Positions 28,407-38,748 of a stretch of 64,000 nt of DNA are shown piece by piece. Within the stretch, counting starts at the first letter, position 1, and each line of letters opens with the position of its first letter. The stretch spans positions 519 through 64,518 of the IMG/VR virus record IMGVR_UViG_3300033182_000922, one strand, 5' to 3'. A program made the translations under genes and the position numbers. The DNA is from a virus. Lineage: Duplodnaviria > Caudoviricetes. The notes below the pieces were generated by a model that was given only the letters and a program-made list of their open reading frames with translations, made no database searches and was not told the DNA's origin.

Positions 28407-29606
28407 ATGGCAAAAGAGTTTTCATTCGCGGACTTAAACAAAGAAATGGCAAAACACTCTACTTACGGAGACACTTTGGATAAATCTACAGTTTCAGAAA
28501 TTGATCATTTCATTCCAACCGGAAATTTTAATCTTAATGCATGTTTAACCGGTTCTTTTAGCGGAGGTTATCCTAATAACCGAGCAGTTGCATTAGCCGG
28601 GCCTTCAGGTACCGGTAAAACATTCCTCTTGTTAAATGCAATTAAACAGGCACAGGATATGGGATATAGTATTGTATTCTATGATTCAGAAAATGCAGTA
28701 GACAAAGATTTGGTAGAAAAATTTGGAATTGATTCAACTAAGTTTCGTTATGAACCATGTAATACCGTACAAGAATTTAGAAGCTCTGTAACTGCATTAA
28801 CTGATCTTCTTATTGAACAGAAAAAGAAAGGTGTAGAATTACCTAAGATTCTTATTGCATTGGATTCTGCAGGTAACCTTGCAACGCAAAAAGAAGTTGA
28901 TGATGCCAAGAGCGGTTCAGATAAAGCGGATATGACTCGTGCAAAACTGCTTAAGTCTACGTTTCGTATTCTTATGACCAAGTTAGGTATTTGTAAAATC
29001 CCTTTCCTATTTACAAACCACACATACCAAACACAAGACCTTTTCTCTCGCCAAGTAGGTGGCGGTGGTACTGGTCCTGAGTATGCTGCTTCTATTATTT
29101 TATTCTTAGGAAAGGCAAAACTTAAAGAAGGCACAGAACAGACAGGAATTATTGTAACTGCAAAGCCTAATAAAAACCGATTTGCTAAACCTCTACCGAT
29201 TAAATTTCACATATCTTTTAACAAAGGTATGAATCCTTATATTGGATTAGAGGAATATATTAGCTGGGATAACTGTGGAATTGAAAGAGGGAGATTTATT
29301 AATCAGAACGCATATAATAAATTAACAGATGCAGGAAAGGCTGAATGTAGAGAACACATATATGAAAAGGATGGTAATGATATTACAATTTATTTCCAAT
29401 CTGCAGCAACTGCTAGGAAGATCTGTGTAGCCCATCTTAATGATACTGTTGAACTAAATGAACTCTTTACACCTAAAGTAATTACACAAGAAGTTTTAGA
29501 TAGATTAGAACCTATTGTAAATGAAAAATTCAAATACGGTACTGATGATTTGGATTTAGGTAATCTTTCTGAAATGCTTGAAGCTGATGTTACCGAAGAC
29601 GCTTAA
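28407..29606 (+). CDS. uvsX: RecA-like recombinase
   Basis: GPSGTGKT, YDSE, LDSAGNL, DMTRAK, NHTY, GGG.G..YAAS. Confidence 0.9.
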   Translation: MAKEFSFADLNKEMAKHSTYGDTLDKSTVSEIDHFIPTGNFNLNACLTGSFSGGYPNNRAVALAGPSGTGKTFLLLNAIKQAQDMGYSIVFYDSENAVDKDLVEKFGIDSTKFRYEPCNTVQEFRSSVTALTDLLIEQKKKGVELPKILIALDSAGNLATQKEVDDAKSGSDKADMTRAKLLKSTFRILMTKLGICKIPFLFTNHTYQTQDLFSRQVGGGGTGPEYAASIILFLGKAKLKEGTEQTGIIVTAKPNKNRFAKPLPIKFHISFNKGMNPYIGLEEYISWDNCGIERGRFINQNAYNKLTDAGKAECREHIYEKDGNDITIYFQSAATARKICVAHLNDTVELNELFTPKVITQEVLDRLEPIVNEKFKYGTDDLDLGNLSEMLEADVTEDA

Positions 29607-29886
29607 TACATCAAAGCTCAAGGTTAAATATGTATTAGGAAATCATTCATCAGTACCTGGTTATCCTGATGCAGAAGATATTATCTTTGAACTTATCCGA
29701 GATTATTGCGGTAAAGTTGCCAAAGAAATTAAATTTACCAATGTTTCTTTACAAAAGAAATACAGCTTAACAGAGGAAAAGGCATCTTCCATTATAGAAA
29801 AATTAGTGGCAGATGGTATTTTAAAAGTATCACTTCAAAATTCTGCATATACAACATATGAAGTTATCCGTAATCCTTATGAATAA
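29587..29886 (+). CDS. Hypothetical protein (possible winged helix)
   Basis: ORF between uvsX and the helicase, containing LQKKYSLTEEKASSIIEKLVADGIL. Start is uncertain (29578 TTG or 29587 ATG). Confidence 0.55.
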   Translation: MLPKTLNTSKLKVKYVLGNHSSVPGYPDAEDIIFELIRDYCGKVAKEIKFTNVSLQKKYSLTEEKASSIIEKLVADGILKVSLQNSAYTTYEVIRNPYE

Positions 29887-29920
29887 ACTAAGCATAGATT
29901 TATGCATAAAAAAATAAAAT

Positions 29921-31207
29921 ATGAACAGTAGCATAGATCACGAAAAAATATTCTTTAACTATTTCTTAAAGAAGCCAAGCTATCTAAAGAGTGTTCGTCC
30001 TGGGTTTTTCTCAAACCGGGATTTAGATCAGGTTGCAAAACTAGCAAAGGATTTTTACATTAAGTTTGGAGAAAGCCCATCTAAAGAACAAATGAAGGCC
30101 TTGGTTAAAGATGATCCTAATGAAATTCCTTCTGATATTGTTACTGCTGTTTATGAAGTTAATATTGCGGAATATGATCAGGATTGGTTAAAGAGAACCG
30201 GTGAAGCTTGGGTTAAATGGAAACATTTTGATAAGCAATTGGTTAAAACTATTGAGTTTGTAAAAACACAAGACGTATCACCAGAAAATGTTGAAGATGT
30301 AGTACAGAGAGCAATCGGTATGATCTCAACCGAAGGTTCACTTAACTTTGATACTGATGTAGGTTTGGACTTCTTTAACCCTGAAGACCACATACAGAGA
30401 AAAACTAAAAAGCTTGAAACAGGTTGGACTTTTATTGATAATGTATCAGGTGGTGGTTATGATCCTAAAGCCCTTGTGATTTATGCAGGTGAACAGAATG
30501 TAGGTAAATCTATTTGGTTAGCAAATGATGCCGCTAATTTTGTTCGTATGGGTCATAATGTTGTATTCATCACAGCAGAGATGTCTGCACGAAAGGTTCT
30601 TAAAAGAATAGGATCTAATGTATTAGATATCTCTATGATGGAATATGATGAAAAATCAGCCAATAGAGATTTTGTAAAAAGAAAATTGGAAAGAGTATCA
30701 AGAGGATTACTTCCACCAGGAAAACTATTCGTAAAAGAATTTCCAACATCCCAAGGTACTGTTCTTGATATTGAAGCTTACTTAAAAGATTTGGAAGAAA
30801 GCCAGGATCATAAAGTTAATGTACTCGTAGTTGATTACATTAATATTTTGGCTAACTATAGAAACCCAAATACTGAAAACACATACATGAAGATTAAGCA
30901 AATTGCAGAAGATCTTCGTGCACTCGCTGTTAAGAGGGATATGTTGGTAATATCCGCTACTCAGATTAACCGTGGTGCATGGGATTCAACTGAAATTAAA
31001 ATGGAAAACATTGCTGAATCTGCCGGTCTTGCTCACACCGCCGATGTTATGTATGCAATTATCCAGGATGCTATGATGCATGCCAATCGTGAGTACTGGT
31101 TAAAAATACTAAAAATTAGAGACGGTCAAGGTAAAGGATCTAGGTGCAGATTTGAAATTGATTATGATCATATGAGAATTACCGAAACCGACGACATTAC
31201 ACATTAA
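29921..31207 (+). CDS. gp41: Replicative DnaB-like helicase
   Basis: GEQNVGKS, ITAEM, VKEFPT, VVDYIN, ATQINR, AESAGL, KIRDG. Confidence 0.9.
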   Translation: MNSSIDHEKIFFNYFLKKPSYLKSVRPGFFSNRDLDQVAKLAKDFYIKFGESPSKEQMKALVKDDPNEIPSDIVTAVYEVNIAEYDQDWLKRTGEAWVKWKHFDKQLVKTIEFVKTQDVSPENVEDVVQRAIGMISTEGSLNFDTDVGLDFFNPEDHIQRKTKKLETGWTFIDNVSGGGYDPKALVIYAGEQNVGKSIWLANDAANFVRMGHNVVFITAEMSARKVLKRIGSNVLDISMMEYDEKSANRDFVKRKLERVSRGLLPPGKLFVKEFPTSQGTVLDIEAYLKDLEESQDHKVNVLVVDYINILANYRNPNTENTYMKIKQIAEDLRALAVKRDMLVISATQINRGAWDSTEIKMENIAESAGLAHTADVMYAIIQDAMMHANREYWLKILKIRDGQGKGSRCRFEIDYDHMRITETDDITH

Positions 31208-31208
31208 T

Positions 31209-31643
31209 ATGCAAGACGATAAAATATTCAATAATTCGTATGGTGATTATGATCCATCCGAAAGTAAAATATCATTTAACGTATCTCCAACATACGGTGA
31301 TGATATGGATCCAGATGATAAGATGCACTATGAATTACTATTTAAGAAAATTGATAACTTAATTAAAGGGAGTGAATTTGAACATTTAAATGAAGTAACA
31401 ACAGATGGTGTTATTAAGAAACTAAATAAAGTACAAATCAATAAGGTTTATTTTTACATTATTGAAAACTTAGGAACTTCTTATACTAGGATTGATTTAT
31501 TTGCTGTAATTTCAGATTACTTTGATGTATTTCCTAACAAGTTTTACAATTCGTTATCAAATAAATTTAAGGATGAACTTATCAAAGAATTGGATGATAA
31601 GTACAACATCTTAGAAAAGAGAAAAATCCGCAAACTTTTTTAA
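31209..31643 (+). CDS. Hypothetical protein
   Basis: 144 aa ORF in the replication operon. Confidence 0.6.
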   Translation: MQDDKIFNNSYGDYDPSESKISFNVSPTYGDDMDPDDKMHYELLFKKIDNLIKGSEFEHLNEVTTDGVIKKLNKVQINKVYFYIIENLGTSYTRIDLFAVISDYFDVFPNKFYNSLSNKFKDELIKELDDKYNILEKRKIRKLF

Positions 31644-31644
31644 T

Positions 31645-32733
31645 ATGGCTAGAATATGGATGGTTAGTGATTCACACTTAGGGTGTAGATCAAATTCAGT
31701 CTTATGGCTAAATATCATTGAAGATTATTTCTTTAACTTTTTTATTCCTCTTACAAAAAAGGAATACAAAAAAGGTGATGTACTTTTTCATTTAGGTGAT
31801 GTATTTGATAATCGCCAAAGTTTAAATCTTGCTGCACAGGATTTAGGTATTCGTGTTTTTGAAGAGCTTTCAAAAATATTTCCAGAAATTCATGTAATTG
31901 TAGGTAACCATGATATTATGAGAAAGAATTCAAATGAAATATCATCGGTTGACTGTATTAAGTATATTCCTAATGTTAATGTTCATAAAGAACCTAAGAT
32001 CTTGGAATATAATGGAGTTAAATGTTTACTTATGCCATGGCGTAGAGATTCTGCTCATGAAAAGGAAACTCTTGGAAAGATAAAAGGCAAGATAGATTAT
32101 ATGTTTTGTCATACAGAAACCCAAGGTGTTCAAACTAGTCCAAGTACTCGCCATCTCCATGAAGGTGGAAATGATCTTAAAACATTTAAAAGGTTTAAGA
32201 AGGTTTATTCAGGTCATATTCATTATCGCCAAGAAAAGGAAAACTTTATTCTTGTGGGTAATCCTTATCAAATGACAAGATCCGACCGAGGTAATCAAAA
32301 AGGTATCTATATCCTTGATTTAGAAACCGGAGACCACCAGTTTATCCAGAACGAGAGATCACCGGTCTTTATACGGTATTATATTAATGATATCTTAGAG
32401 AGGCGAATGGAGGATATATTAAAGGAAATAGAAGGTAATTTTGTAGATATTTTTATTCCATCAAATGTATTAGGAAAATACAATATCAATAAGTTTATGG
32501 ATTTTCTCGACGGTCATGCAAAGAAACTTGAGCCTAGAATTTATGATGAAGAAAACCCAGTAGATTTTGAAGATGAACAAACTTCAGATTTTAGCGGAGA
32601 ATTAAATCTTATGAATATTGCAGCAGATTACATTAATGGTTTAAGTTACGACGACGACCTTAAGGAGAGATTGGTTAAATCTGTATTGGAACTATATAAA
32701 CAAACACTAACCCCTACACATGAAGATATCTAA
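31645..32733 (+). CDS. gp47: Mre11/SbcD-like recombination nuclease
   Basis: SDSHLG, LGDVFD, GNHD, SGHIH. Confidence 0.9.
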   Translation: MARIWMVSDSHLGCRSNSVLWLNIIEDYFFNFFIPLTKKEYKKGDVLFHLGDVFDNRQSLNLAAQDLGIRVFEELSKIFPEIHVIVGNHDIMRKNSNEISSVDCIKYIPNVNVHKEPKILEYNGVKCLLMPWRRDSAHEKETLGKIKGKIDYMFCHTETQGVQTSPSTRHLHEGGNDLKTFKRFKKVYSGHIHYRQEKENFILVGNPYQMTRSDRGNQKGIYILDLETGDHQFIQNERSPVFIRYYINDILERRMEDILKEIEGNFVDIFIPSNVLGKYNINKFMDFLDGHAKKLEPRIYDEENPVDFEDEQTSDFSGELNLMNIAADYINGLSYDDDLKERLVKSVLELYKQTLTPTHEDI

Positions 32734-34387
32734 AGTACAATTCAAAAATTTTGCCAGTTACGGTAACAGAATCCAGACTATAGAATTTGATAAAGAAAAA
32801 AGTGATCTTTATTTAGTTTTAGGTGGAAATGGTGCAGGTAAGAGTACGTTAGCAAAAGTAATTACCTATTTATGTTATGGAAAGGTTGAAGGGGCTAACC
32901 TTAGGGACTTACCTAATCGTGTTAATGGTGCTCTTTGGGGTAAGATTTGGATGGAGAGTAAAGGTAATCAGATTGAAATTGAAAGGGGCATTAATCCTGG
33001 TGCTTTTAATGTTTCTATAAACGGAACAGAATATGATGTTGCAGGTAAAGCAAATCTTCAAGAATTCCTAGAAACTGAAATTTATGAAATACCTTATCAT
33101 GTCTTTAAGAATGTCATTATCCTGTCCGTTAATGATTTTAAGTCATTTATTACAATGTCTCCTTATGATAAGAAACAAATCATTGATCGTATCTTTGGTT
33201 TTTCTGTCATAAATGAAATGAGAGAACTTGTAAAAAATAAGAGAAGATCTATCATAGAAGAAATCAGAACGTTTGAGGATGAAATTAGAACTCTTGATGA
33301 TTCTATTAAATCTGTACTTCAAAAGATAGAAGAATATGAAGCGGTTAATAAAGAAAAGGATGCATCAAAAGTTGCAGACCTAAAGAAAAAATTAGTAGAT
33401 CTTAATGAAGCGAGAAAAAAGCTAAAAGAAGCCAATGACAAGACAAAGGAGAAGATACAACAAAACGACGAGGAATATAGGAAAACGAGTAAAAGGGAAT
33501 CCGAGATTAAATCCGAAATCAATTCGGTTAAGAAAGGTCTTGAACTCTATGAGAACAATTCATGTCCAACATGCCAAGCACCATTAGATTCAGAATTTCA
33601 TCAACACATTAAAAAAGAAAAGGAAGATACCCTAAACGAATTAACAAAAGATTATAAATCTGTAAATGAAGAAGTTTCCCAAATAGATGAAAAACTAAAG
33701 GGGTTGAGAGAACAAGGTAAACAGATACATGTTAAAGTTGGTCAATTGGAAAACCAAATGAGTAGCCTTAAAAATGAACTTATATCACTTGCAGAAAAAG
33801 AAGGTGACACTGATGGTCATCTCCAAGATCTTATTAAAGAATTTAAAGAAAAGAAAGAGGAGAAGGATAGGGACAAGCTTAAAAGCGAAGGTGAGGATTA
33901 CTATTTAACAATTCTGGAAAATCTTATGGGTGATGATGGAATTAAGAACTTAGCAGTAAGATCAATTTTACCTTCATTTAATAATCACATCCTTATAATG
34001 GGTAAGGAGATGGGTATTCCGTTTGGAATCCGATTTGATGATAAGTTTAATTGTACCCTTCATCATTTAGGTCAAGAGATTAGCCCAAAGACACTAAGTA
34101 CCGGAGAAAAGAAAAAGGTTGATTTTGTAATTATTATGGCGTTAATGAAAATGATTAAGGTTAGATTCTCAAGTCTTAATATTTTATTCTTAGATGAAAT
34201 CTTTTCATCAATAGACAGTGACGGCGTCTATCATATCATTAACATACTTCATGAAACGATCCAGGACATAGGATTAAATACCTTTGTTATTAATCATACA
34301 GTTTTACCTAGTGAATATTTCGATAAGAAATTGGAAATCACTAAAGATGCTGGGTTCTCTGAATTTACCATTCAAAGCATTGGATAA
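32720..34387 (+). CDS. gp46: Rad50/SbcC-like ATPase
   Basis: KNFASYGN, GGNGAGKST, CPTC zinc hook within coiled coil, LSTGE, LDEIF. Confidence 0.9.
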   Translation: MKISKVQFKNFASYGNRIQTIEFDKEKSDLYLVLGGNGAGKSTLAKVITYLCYGKVEGANLRDLPNRVNGALWGKIWMESKGNQIEIERGINPGAFNVSINGTEYDVAGKANLQEFLETEIYEIPYHVFKNVIILSVNDFKSFITMSPYDKKQIIDRIFGFSVINEMRELVKNKRRSIIEEIRTFEDEIRTLDDSIKSVLQKIEEYEAVNKEKDASKVADLKKKLVDLNEARKKLKEANDKTKEKIQQNDEEYRKTSKRESEIKSEINSVKKGLELYENNSCPTCQAPLDSEFHQHIKKEKEDTLNELTKDYKSVNEEVSQIDEKLKGLREQGKQIHVKVGQLENQMSSLKNELISLAEKEGDTDGHLQDLIKEFKEKKEEKDRDKLKSEGEDYYLTILENLMGDDGIKNLAVRSILPSFNNHILIMGKEMGIPFGIRFDDKFNCTLHHLGQEISPKTLSTGEKKKVDFVIIMALMKMIKVRFSSLNILFLDEIFSSIDSDGVYHIINILHETIQDIGLNTFVINHTVLPSEYFDKKLEITKDAGFSEFTIQSIG

Positions 34388-34412
34388 ATAGAATATAAAA
34401 TAGATCTAATGC

Positions 34413-35354
34413 ATGAGTGCCTATAATCAAGAATTTAATAAGGACAACACAATCTTAAGATACATAACCGTTGCTACATTAGCGGAATTAAGAAATAAGG
34501 TATTCTATTACAATCAGACCGAAGAAGATTTGGTGACTAAGATTCCTGTACCTTTTTATTATTCAATTACAGGTAACGAAAGATTTCTTGCAGATAATTT
34601 TCTATATGATGCTGTTGCTGATGGGAAAGCAATAGGTGATTATGAAGCAGTTCCTAGAGGTATTCTTCAGCTAAATTCTTTAGCTATTGATTCAGGCAGT
34701 CAAACTAATAAATTTACTCGTGGTGAATTTGTACATGAAGTTGAAGGTCAATTAAAAACGTTTGCATTAAATACCAACTTCCTACCTTTAACTATGACGT
34801 TTGGTGTAACCGTTGTTTGTTCCAACAATTTAGAAATGCTGAAGGTTACCGAGTCAATTATGACAAAGTTATATAAGACAACTATGTATAGCGTAGATTT
34901 AGGCATGTTTAGGGTTGAAGCTTCTATGGCAGTTCCTGAAGACTATTCGCAAGATAGACTTTTTGAATTTGGTCTAAATGATAAGAAAGAGTTTAATGTT
35001 ACTTTTGATTTAGAAGTTAAATCCTTTATGCCTGTATTTGAAAATGGGATTTTATTAACTGAAGTTTCTGAAATGGCTAAACAATCAACAGGCCAAGGCA
35101 TTGGATTATTTAGAACTGGCCCTAACGGAGAAATAGGAATACAATTCGGTGGAATATTCCAGAAATTTGAATATATGATTGAAGATGTTAAGAAAGCTCC
35201 TATTGAAGGAGAGACTTCAAATAGTGGTTATGTTAACCAAGATTCTATTAAAACAGGAGGTCCTTACATAGAGACTACAATTGACGGCGCCCCTATAACA
35301 CCAGAGGCAAGTGGAAGTAAAGAATATAGGAATGCAGAGGGAGATGAAGGGTAA
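34413..35354 (+). CDS. Tail sheath stabiliser/terminator (gp15-like)
   Basis: IPVPFYY, ERFL and VPRG pattern; located at the start of the structural block. Confidence 0.55.
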   Translation: MSAYNQEFNKDNTILRYITVATLAELRNKVFYYNQTEEDLVTKIPVPFYYSITGNERFLADNFLYDAVADGKAIGDYEAVPRGILQLNSLAIDSGSQTNKFTRGEFVHEVEGQLKTFALNTNFLPLTMTFGVTVVCSNNLEMLKVTESIMTKLYKTTMYSVDLGMFRVEASMAVPEDYSQDRLFEFGLNDKKEFNVTFDLEVKSFMPVFENGILLTEVSEMAKQSTGQGIGLFRTGPNGEIGIQFGGIFQKFEYMIEDVKKAPIEGETSNSGYVNQDSIKTGGPYIETTIDGAPITPEASGSKEYRNAEGDEG

Positions 35355-35403
35355 ATTAACTTTTAGATCTTAGAATATATAAAACAAATCAAAGTACTTA
35401 AAT

Positions 35404-37236
35404 ATGAATAGTTCAGTCAACGAAGGACAAACTCAGGTTTATATGGATGGTGGAATTGATCCTCAGTATGGTGTTAATACAGGTGCACCGTATTTGAATA
35501 ATCCTCCACAGCAGCTTATAGACATTATTAATGAGTTCTATAAAAGCGGCAAATCAGATTCCCAGATTTTATCAATTCTTGTAGGTATGGGTACACCTCA
35601 ACAATTGGCCATGTCTGGAATTAATGCCTTTAAAGCTGGAATGAATATGTATAACGAAAATAACAATAAACAAAAAAATCATAACAAAATGAACTTTACA
35701 CTTACAGAATTGTATGAAAATGTTATGAAGAGTATCAATGGCCTAAAGGAAATGGAATCTGATAATTCAAGGGTTTCTTATACTGCCAAGAACGCTCTTA
35801 ACATTTTAGAAAATTCATTAGGATCATTTCCTATGAGATTCAAAAGCGAGGATGTATCTGTTGTCAGTGAAGAAATTGAAAACAGTGTTAATCCTACTCT
35901 TAAGTTTAAAATCGCTAAAGATTTGCATAACAGCCTTTCTTCTGCAGGATGGCTTAATCCTGTAAAAGAATTAAGATCTTATATTGCTAATACTTATGAT
36001 AACGGAAAATGGTCATATAAGGTTGCTGAAGCAGTTGAAAGAAATTCTTCTCAAAGAGGTAAACTTTATGAAGGGCTTACTAATTCATTGACAGAATTAC
36101 TTTCTGAATCTGAAGATACTATTAAATCTAAACTTGGCGTAGTTGCTTCTAAACACCCATGGTCAAATGATTGTAAATCAATCTTAAATGAAATGGCTGA
36201 AGCTGAACATAAAGCAACTGCAAATAACAGTGGTAAGATTGTTTCTGTTCTTTCTCCAGTATTGGAAAATGAAAATGGATTAACATTCCACTTACATGGT
36301 AAAAACTATTCCTTTAACGGAAAAGAAATTACTGAAGCAAAAGTAGAAGATTCAAGATTCTTCGATGTTCTCGAAGGACTGAAGTTATTTAAGCATACTG
36401 GAGATTCTTTAGTAACATTCAGCGAAAATGGTAAAACATTAGAATTTAATCTTGCTGAAGGTACTCTTAAGTTAGGTGATGTTGATTTAACTAACTCAAG
36501 CGTTATTGAATTAAAGGAATCTTTAATGGCAACTAACTTCTTTGGTTATAGAGATCAATGGAAAGTTGATCAAGTTTGCAAATTCTTTGAATCTACTGAT
36601 ATGTTAGCTGAGATGGATAACTTTACAAATATCCAATCAACTGAATTCTTAAATCTTTACTTAACCATGATTGCTGTTGAAGAAGGAATCTGGGTAAATA
36701 AAGTTAACGGCGGAATGCAACTTAATGAAATGAAATTTATTCCAACTGCAACTGAAGCCGTTGAGGTTATTAAAGAATTTATTAATTACGATGCTTCTTC
36801 TATTCTTTCTGAAAAATTAATCTCTGAAGGAAATGAAAAGGCTGCTGCCGAAAAGAAAAGATCTGAAATTAATGATAAGATCTCTTTCTTAGAAGAAAAG
36901 AAAGCTAAGGTCGCTGAGGCCACCAAAAATGTAGGAGAAACTGAAGAGCTTAAAGAAGCTATGGATTTGTTAGATTCTGAAATTGCTAAGTTTGAAAAGG
37001 AACTCCAAGAAACCTTTTCCGTGGTTGAAAAAAAAACTAAAGACGAGTATCTAGATGACGGATACGTTGAAGCCGAGGTGGTAAAAACCTCAGGTGGTCT
37101 TAGAAAAGGTGACCAGGTTTTAGTAAATGCTGAAGAGTATACATCTCTAGGTGATGATGATTTATTAAACGCGGTTGATCCTAAAACCGGAAAATCCAAA
37201 ATCATCAAAAAGGAAATAGTTAAAGTACAACTTTAA
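35404..37236 (+). CDS. Large acidic putative virion/prohead core protein with C-terminal coiled coil
   Basis: 610 aa; late-type GAATATATAA at 35373; several (L/I/V)xE sites; possible internal start at 35689. Confidence 0.55.
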   Translation: MNSSVNEGQTQVYMDGGIDPQYGVNTGAPYLNNPPQQLIDIINEFYKSGKSDSQILSILVGMGTPQQLAMSGINAFKAGMNMYNENNNKQKNHNKMNFTLTELYENVMKSINGLKEMESDNSRVSYTAKNALNILENSLGSFPMRFKSEDVSVVSEEIENSVNPTLKFKIAKDLHNSLSSAGWLNPVKELRSYIANTYDNGKWSYKVAEAVERNSSQRGKLYEGLTNSLTELLSESEDTIKSKLGVVASKHPWSNDCKSILNEMAEAEHKATANNSGKIVSVLSPVLENENGLTFHLHGKNYSFNGKEITEAKVEDSRFFDVLEGLKLFKHTGDSLVTFSENGKTLEFNLAEGTLKLGDVDLTNSSVIELKESLMATNFFGYRDQWKVDQVCKFFESTDMLAEMDNFTNIQSTEFLNLYLTMIAVEEGIWVNKVNGGMQLNEMKFIPTATEAVEVIKEFINYDASSILSEKLISEGNEKAAAEKKRSEINDKISFLEEKKAKVAEATKNVGETEELKEAMDLLDSEIAKFEKELQETFSVVEKKTKDEYLDDGYVEAEVVKTSGGLRKGDQVLVNAEEYTSLGDDDLLNAVDPKTGKSKIIKKEIVKVQL

Positions 37237-37252
37237 TTACCATCAAATAACT

Positions 37253-37285
37253 AAAAGGCCGAATGTTAAACATTCGGCTTTTTTT
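37253..37285 (+). terminator. Intrinsic terminator overlapping the gp55 promoter
   Basis: AAAAGGCCGAATGT-TAA-ACATTCGGCTTTTTTT. Confidence 0.75.
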
Positions 37286-37312
37286 GCATATAATTATAAA
37301 ATAATATAGATT

Positions 37313-37678
37313 ATGCCAAGGAAAAGAAATTATCTTAACAATAGAGACCTTTTAGAAGAAATCATTAAGTCTCAAGAACAAGACGAGTTAACACCAAAAG
37401 CTTTAGAATTTTTAATGTTATTAGCAGATAAATGTTCCCTAAAACTAACTTACCGTGATCCTAAAGATAGAGAAGACTGTATAGCATATGCCTATATGGA
37501 TCTTTATAGATATTGGAGAAACTTTAATCCTGAAAAGAGTACGAATGCATTTGCATATTTTACTGAAATTGCAAAAAGAGGTTTTGCAAAAGGATGGAAT
37601 AAACTTCACCCTAAGAAATATGCAGGAACAGTATCAATTGATGGCAGCGCTGATAGCGAAGGAATCTACACAATTTAA
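37313..37678 (+). CDS. gp55: Late-transcription sigma factor (T4 gp55-like)
   Basis: NYLNNRDLLEEI, REDCI, NFNPEKSTNAFAYFTEI. Confidence 0.8.
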   Translation: MPRKRNYLNNRDLLEEIIKSQEQDELTPKALEFLMLLADKCSLKLTYRDPKDREDCIAYAYMDLYRYWRNFNPEKSTNAFAYFTEIAKRGFAKGWNKLHPKKYAGTVSIDGSADSEGIYTI

Positions 37679-38154
37679 TGAGCATAAAGAAAGTTAAACC
37701 AACCGCGAAATCAGGTTACAAACAAGGTTATTATAAACCTAAATATCCTGAAAAGTATATGGGGCCTGGTCCTATTATATACCGTAGTAGTTGGGAACGA
37801 AAATTCTGTCATTGGTGTGATCATAATGAACAGGTTATCAAATGGATATCAGAACCATTTGCAATTAAGTATTTTAATATCCTAGATAAAAAATTTCATA
37901 ACTACTATCCAGACTTTTATGTAAAGATGGAAAAGGAAGGTGTAATACAAGAATATGTAGTTGAAATAAAACCTAAGGCACAATTACAAAAACCTAAACC
38001 GCCTAAGAGAAAGACTGCAAAAGCAATGGCTAATTTTAAATATGGTTATGAAACTTATGTTAGAAATCTTTGTAAAACTGAAGCTCTTAATAAAGCAGCA
38101 GAACAAAGAAACTTTAAGGTTATGCTAATAACTGAAGATTCAAATTTATTTTAA
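37678..38154 (+). CDS. gp4: Head completion nuclease (gp4-like, TnsA-type fold)
   Basis: PEKYMG...IIYRSSWERKF, YYPDF, VEIKP, FKVMLITE. Confidence 0.85.
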   Translation: MSIKKVKPTAKSGYKQGYYKPKYPEKYMGPGPIIYRSSWERKFCHWCDHNEQVIKWISEPFAIKYFNILDKKFHNYYPDFYVKMEKEGVIQEYVVEIKPKAQLQKPKPPKRKTAKAMANFKYGYETYVRNLCKTEALNKAAEQRNFKVMLITEDSNLF

Positions 38155-38156
38155 TT

Positions 38157-38729
38157 ATGATAGTTGGTAATTTTCAAGACGATTTAGGTATTTACCTTGC
38201 TGAAAATAAAGGTAGGAGCGGTGCATCTAAAGCATCCACCAAAGCCTTGGCAAAAATAGGCCAAAAATCAAAGGGTGTTTTAGATCAAGGTAAAATGTAC
38301 AGCTTTAGATACTTTACCGAAGATGAAACATTTTATGATACCTATCCAATTGTAATTGGTCTAGGAAAATCAATAGACGGCCATCAATTAGGAATTAATT
38401 TACATTACATTCCTTATGATGCAAGAATCCCTTTTGTAAAAGATATAGTAAGATCATTTGGTAGTATAATGGAAAGAGAATCAGGAAAGGCTTTAGGTAA
38501 TGCTAATGCGCAAAGCTTTCTTGCTGATTTTAATTATGAAACTGTTAAAAGATCTTTAGGTATGAAGTATAATATTAAATATGCAATAAGGCAGTATAGG
38601 TTAGATCGTATGAAAAAGCCAAGAGTACTAGGCTATGAAGATTGGTATATTGGCACAGTTAACGATGATAACTTTTTCTTTGGTGGAACAATACTAAATG
38701 CGCAAGCATTATATTACAAGAATATATAA
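38157..38729 (+). CDS. gp2: DNA end protector (gp2-like)
   Basis: GKMYSFRY, FYDTYPIV, GINLHYIP. Confidence 0.75.
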   Translation: MIVGNFQDDLGIYLAENKGRSGASKASTKALAKIGQKSKGVLDQGKMYSFRYFTEDETFYDTYPIVIGLGKSIDGHQLGINLHYIPYDARIPFVKDIVRSFGSIMERESGKALGNANAQSFLADFNYETVKRSLGMKYNIKYAIRQYRLDRMKKPRVLGYEDWYIGTVNDDNFFFGGTILNAQALYYKNI

Positions 38730-38748
38730 AACAACAAATAAATAAAGT

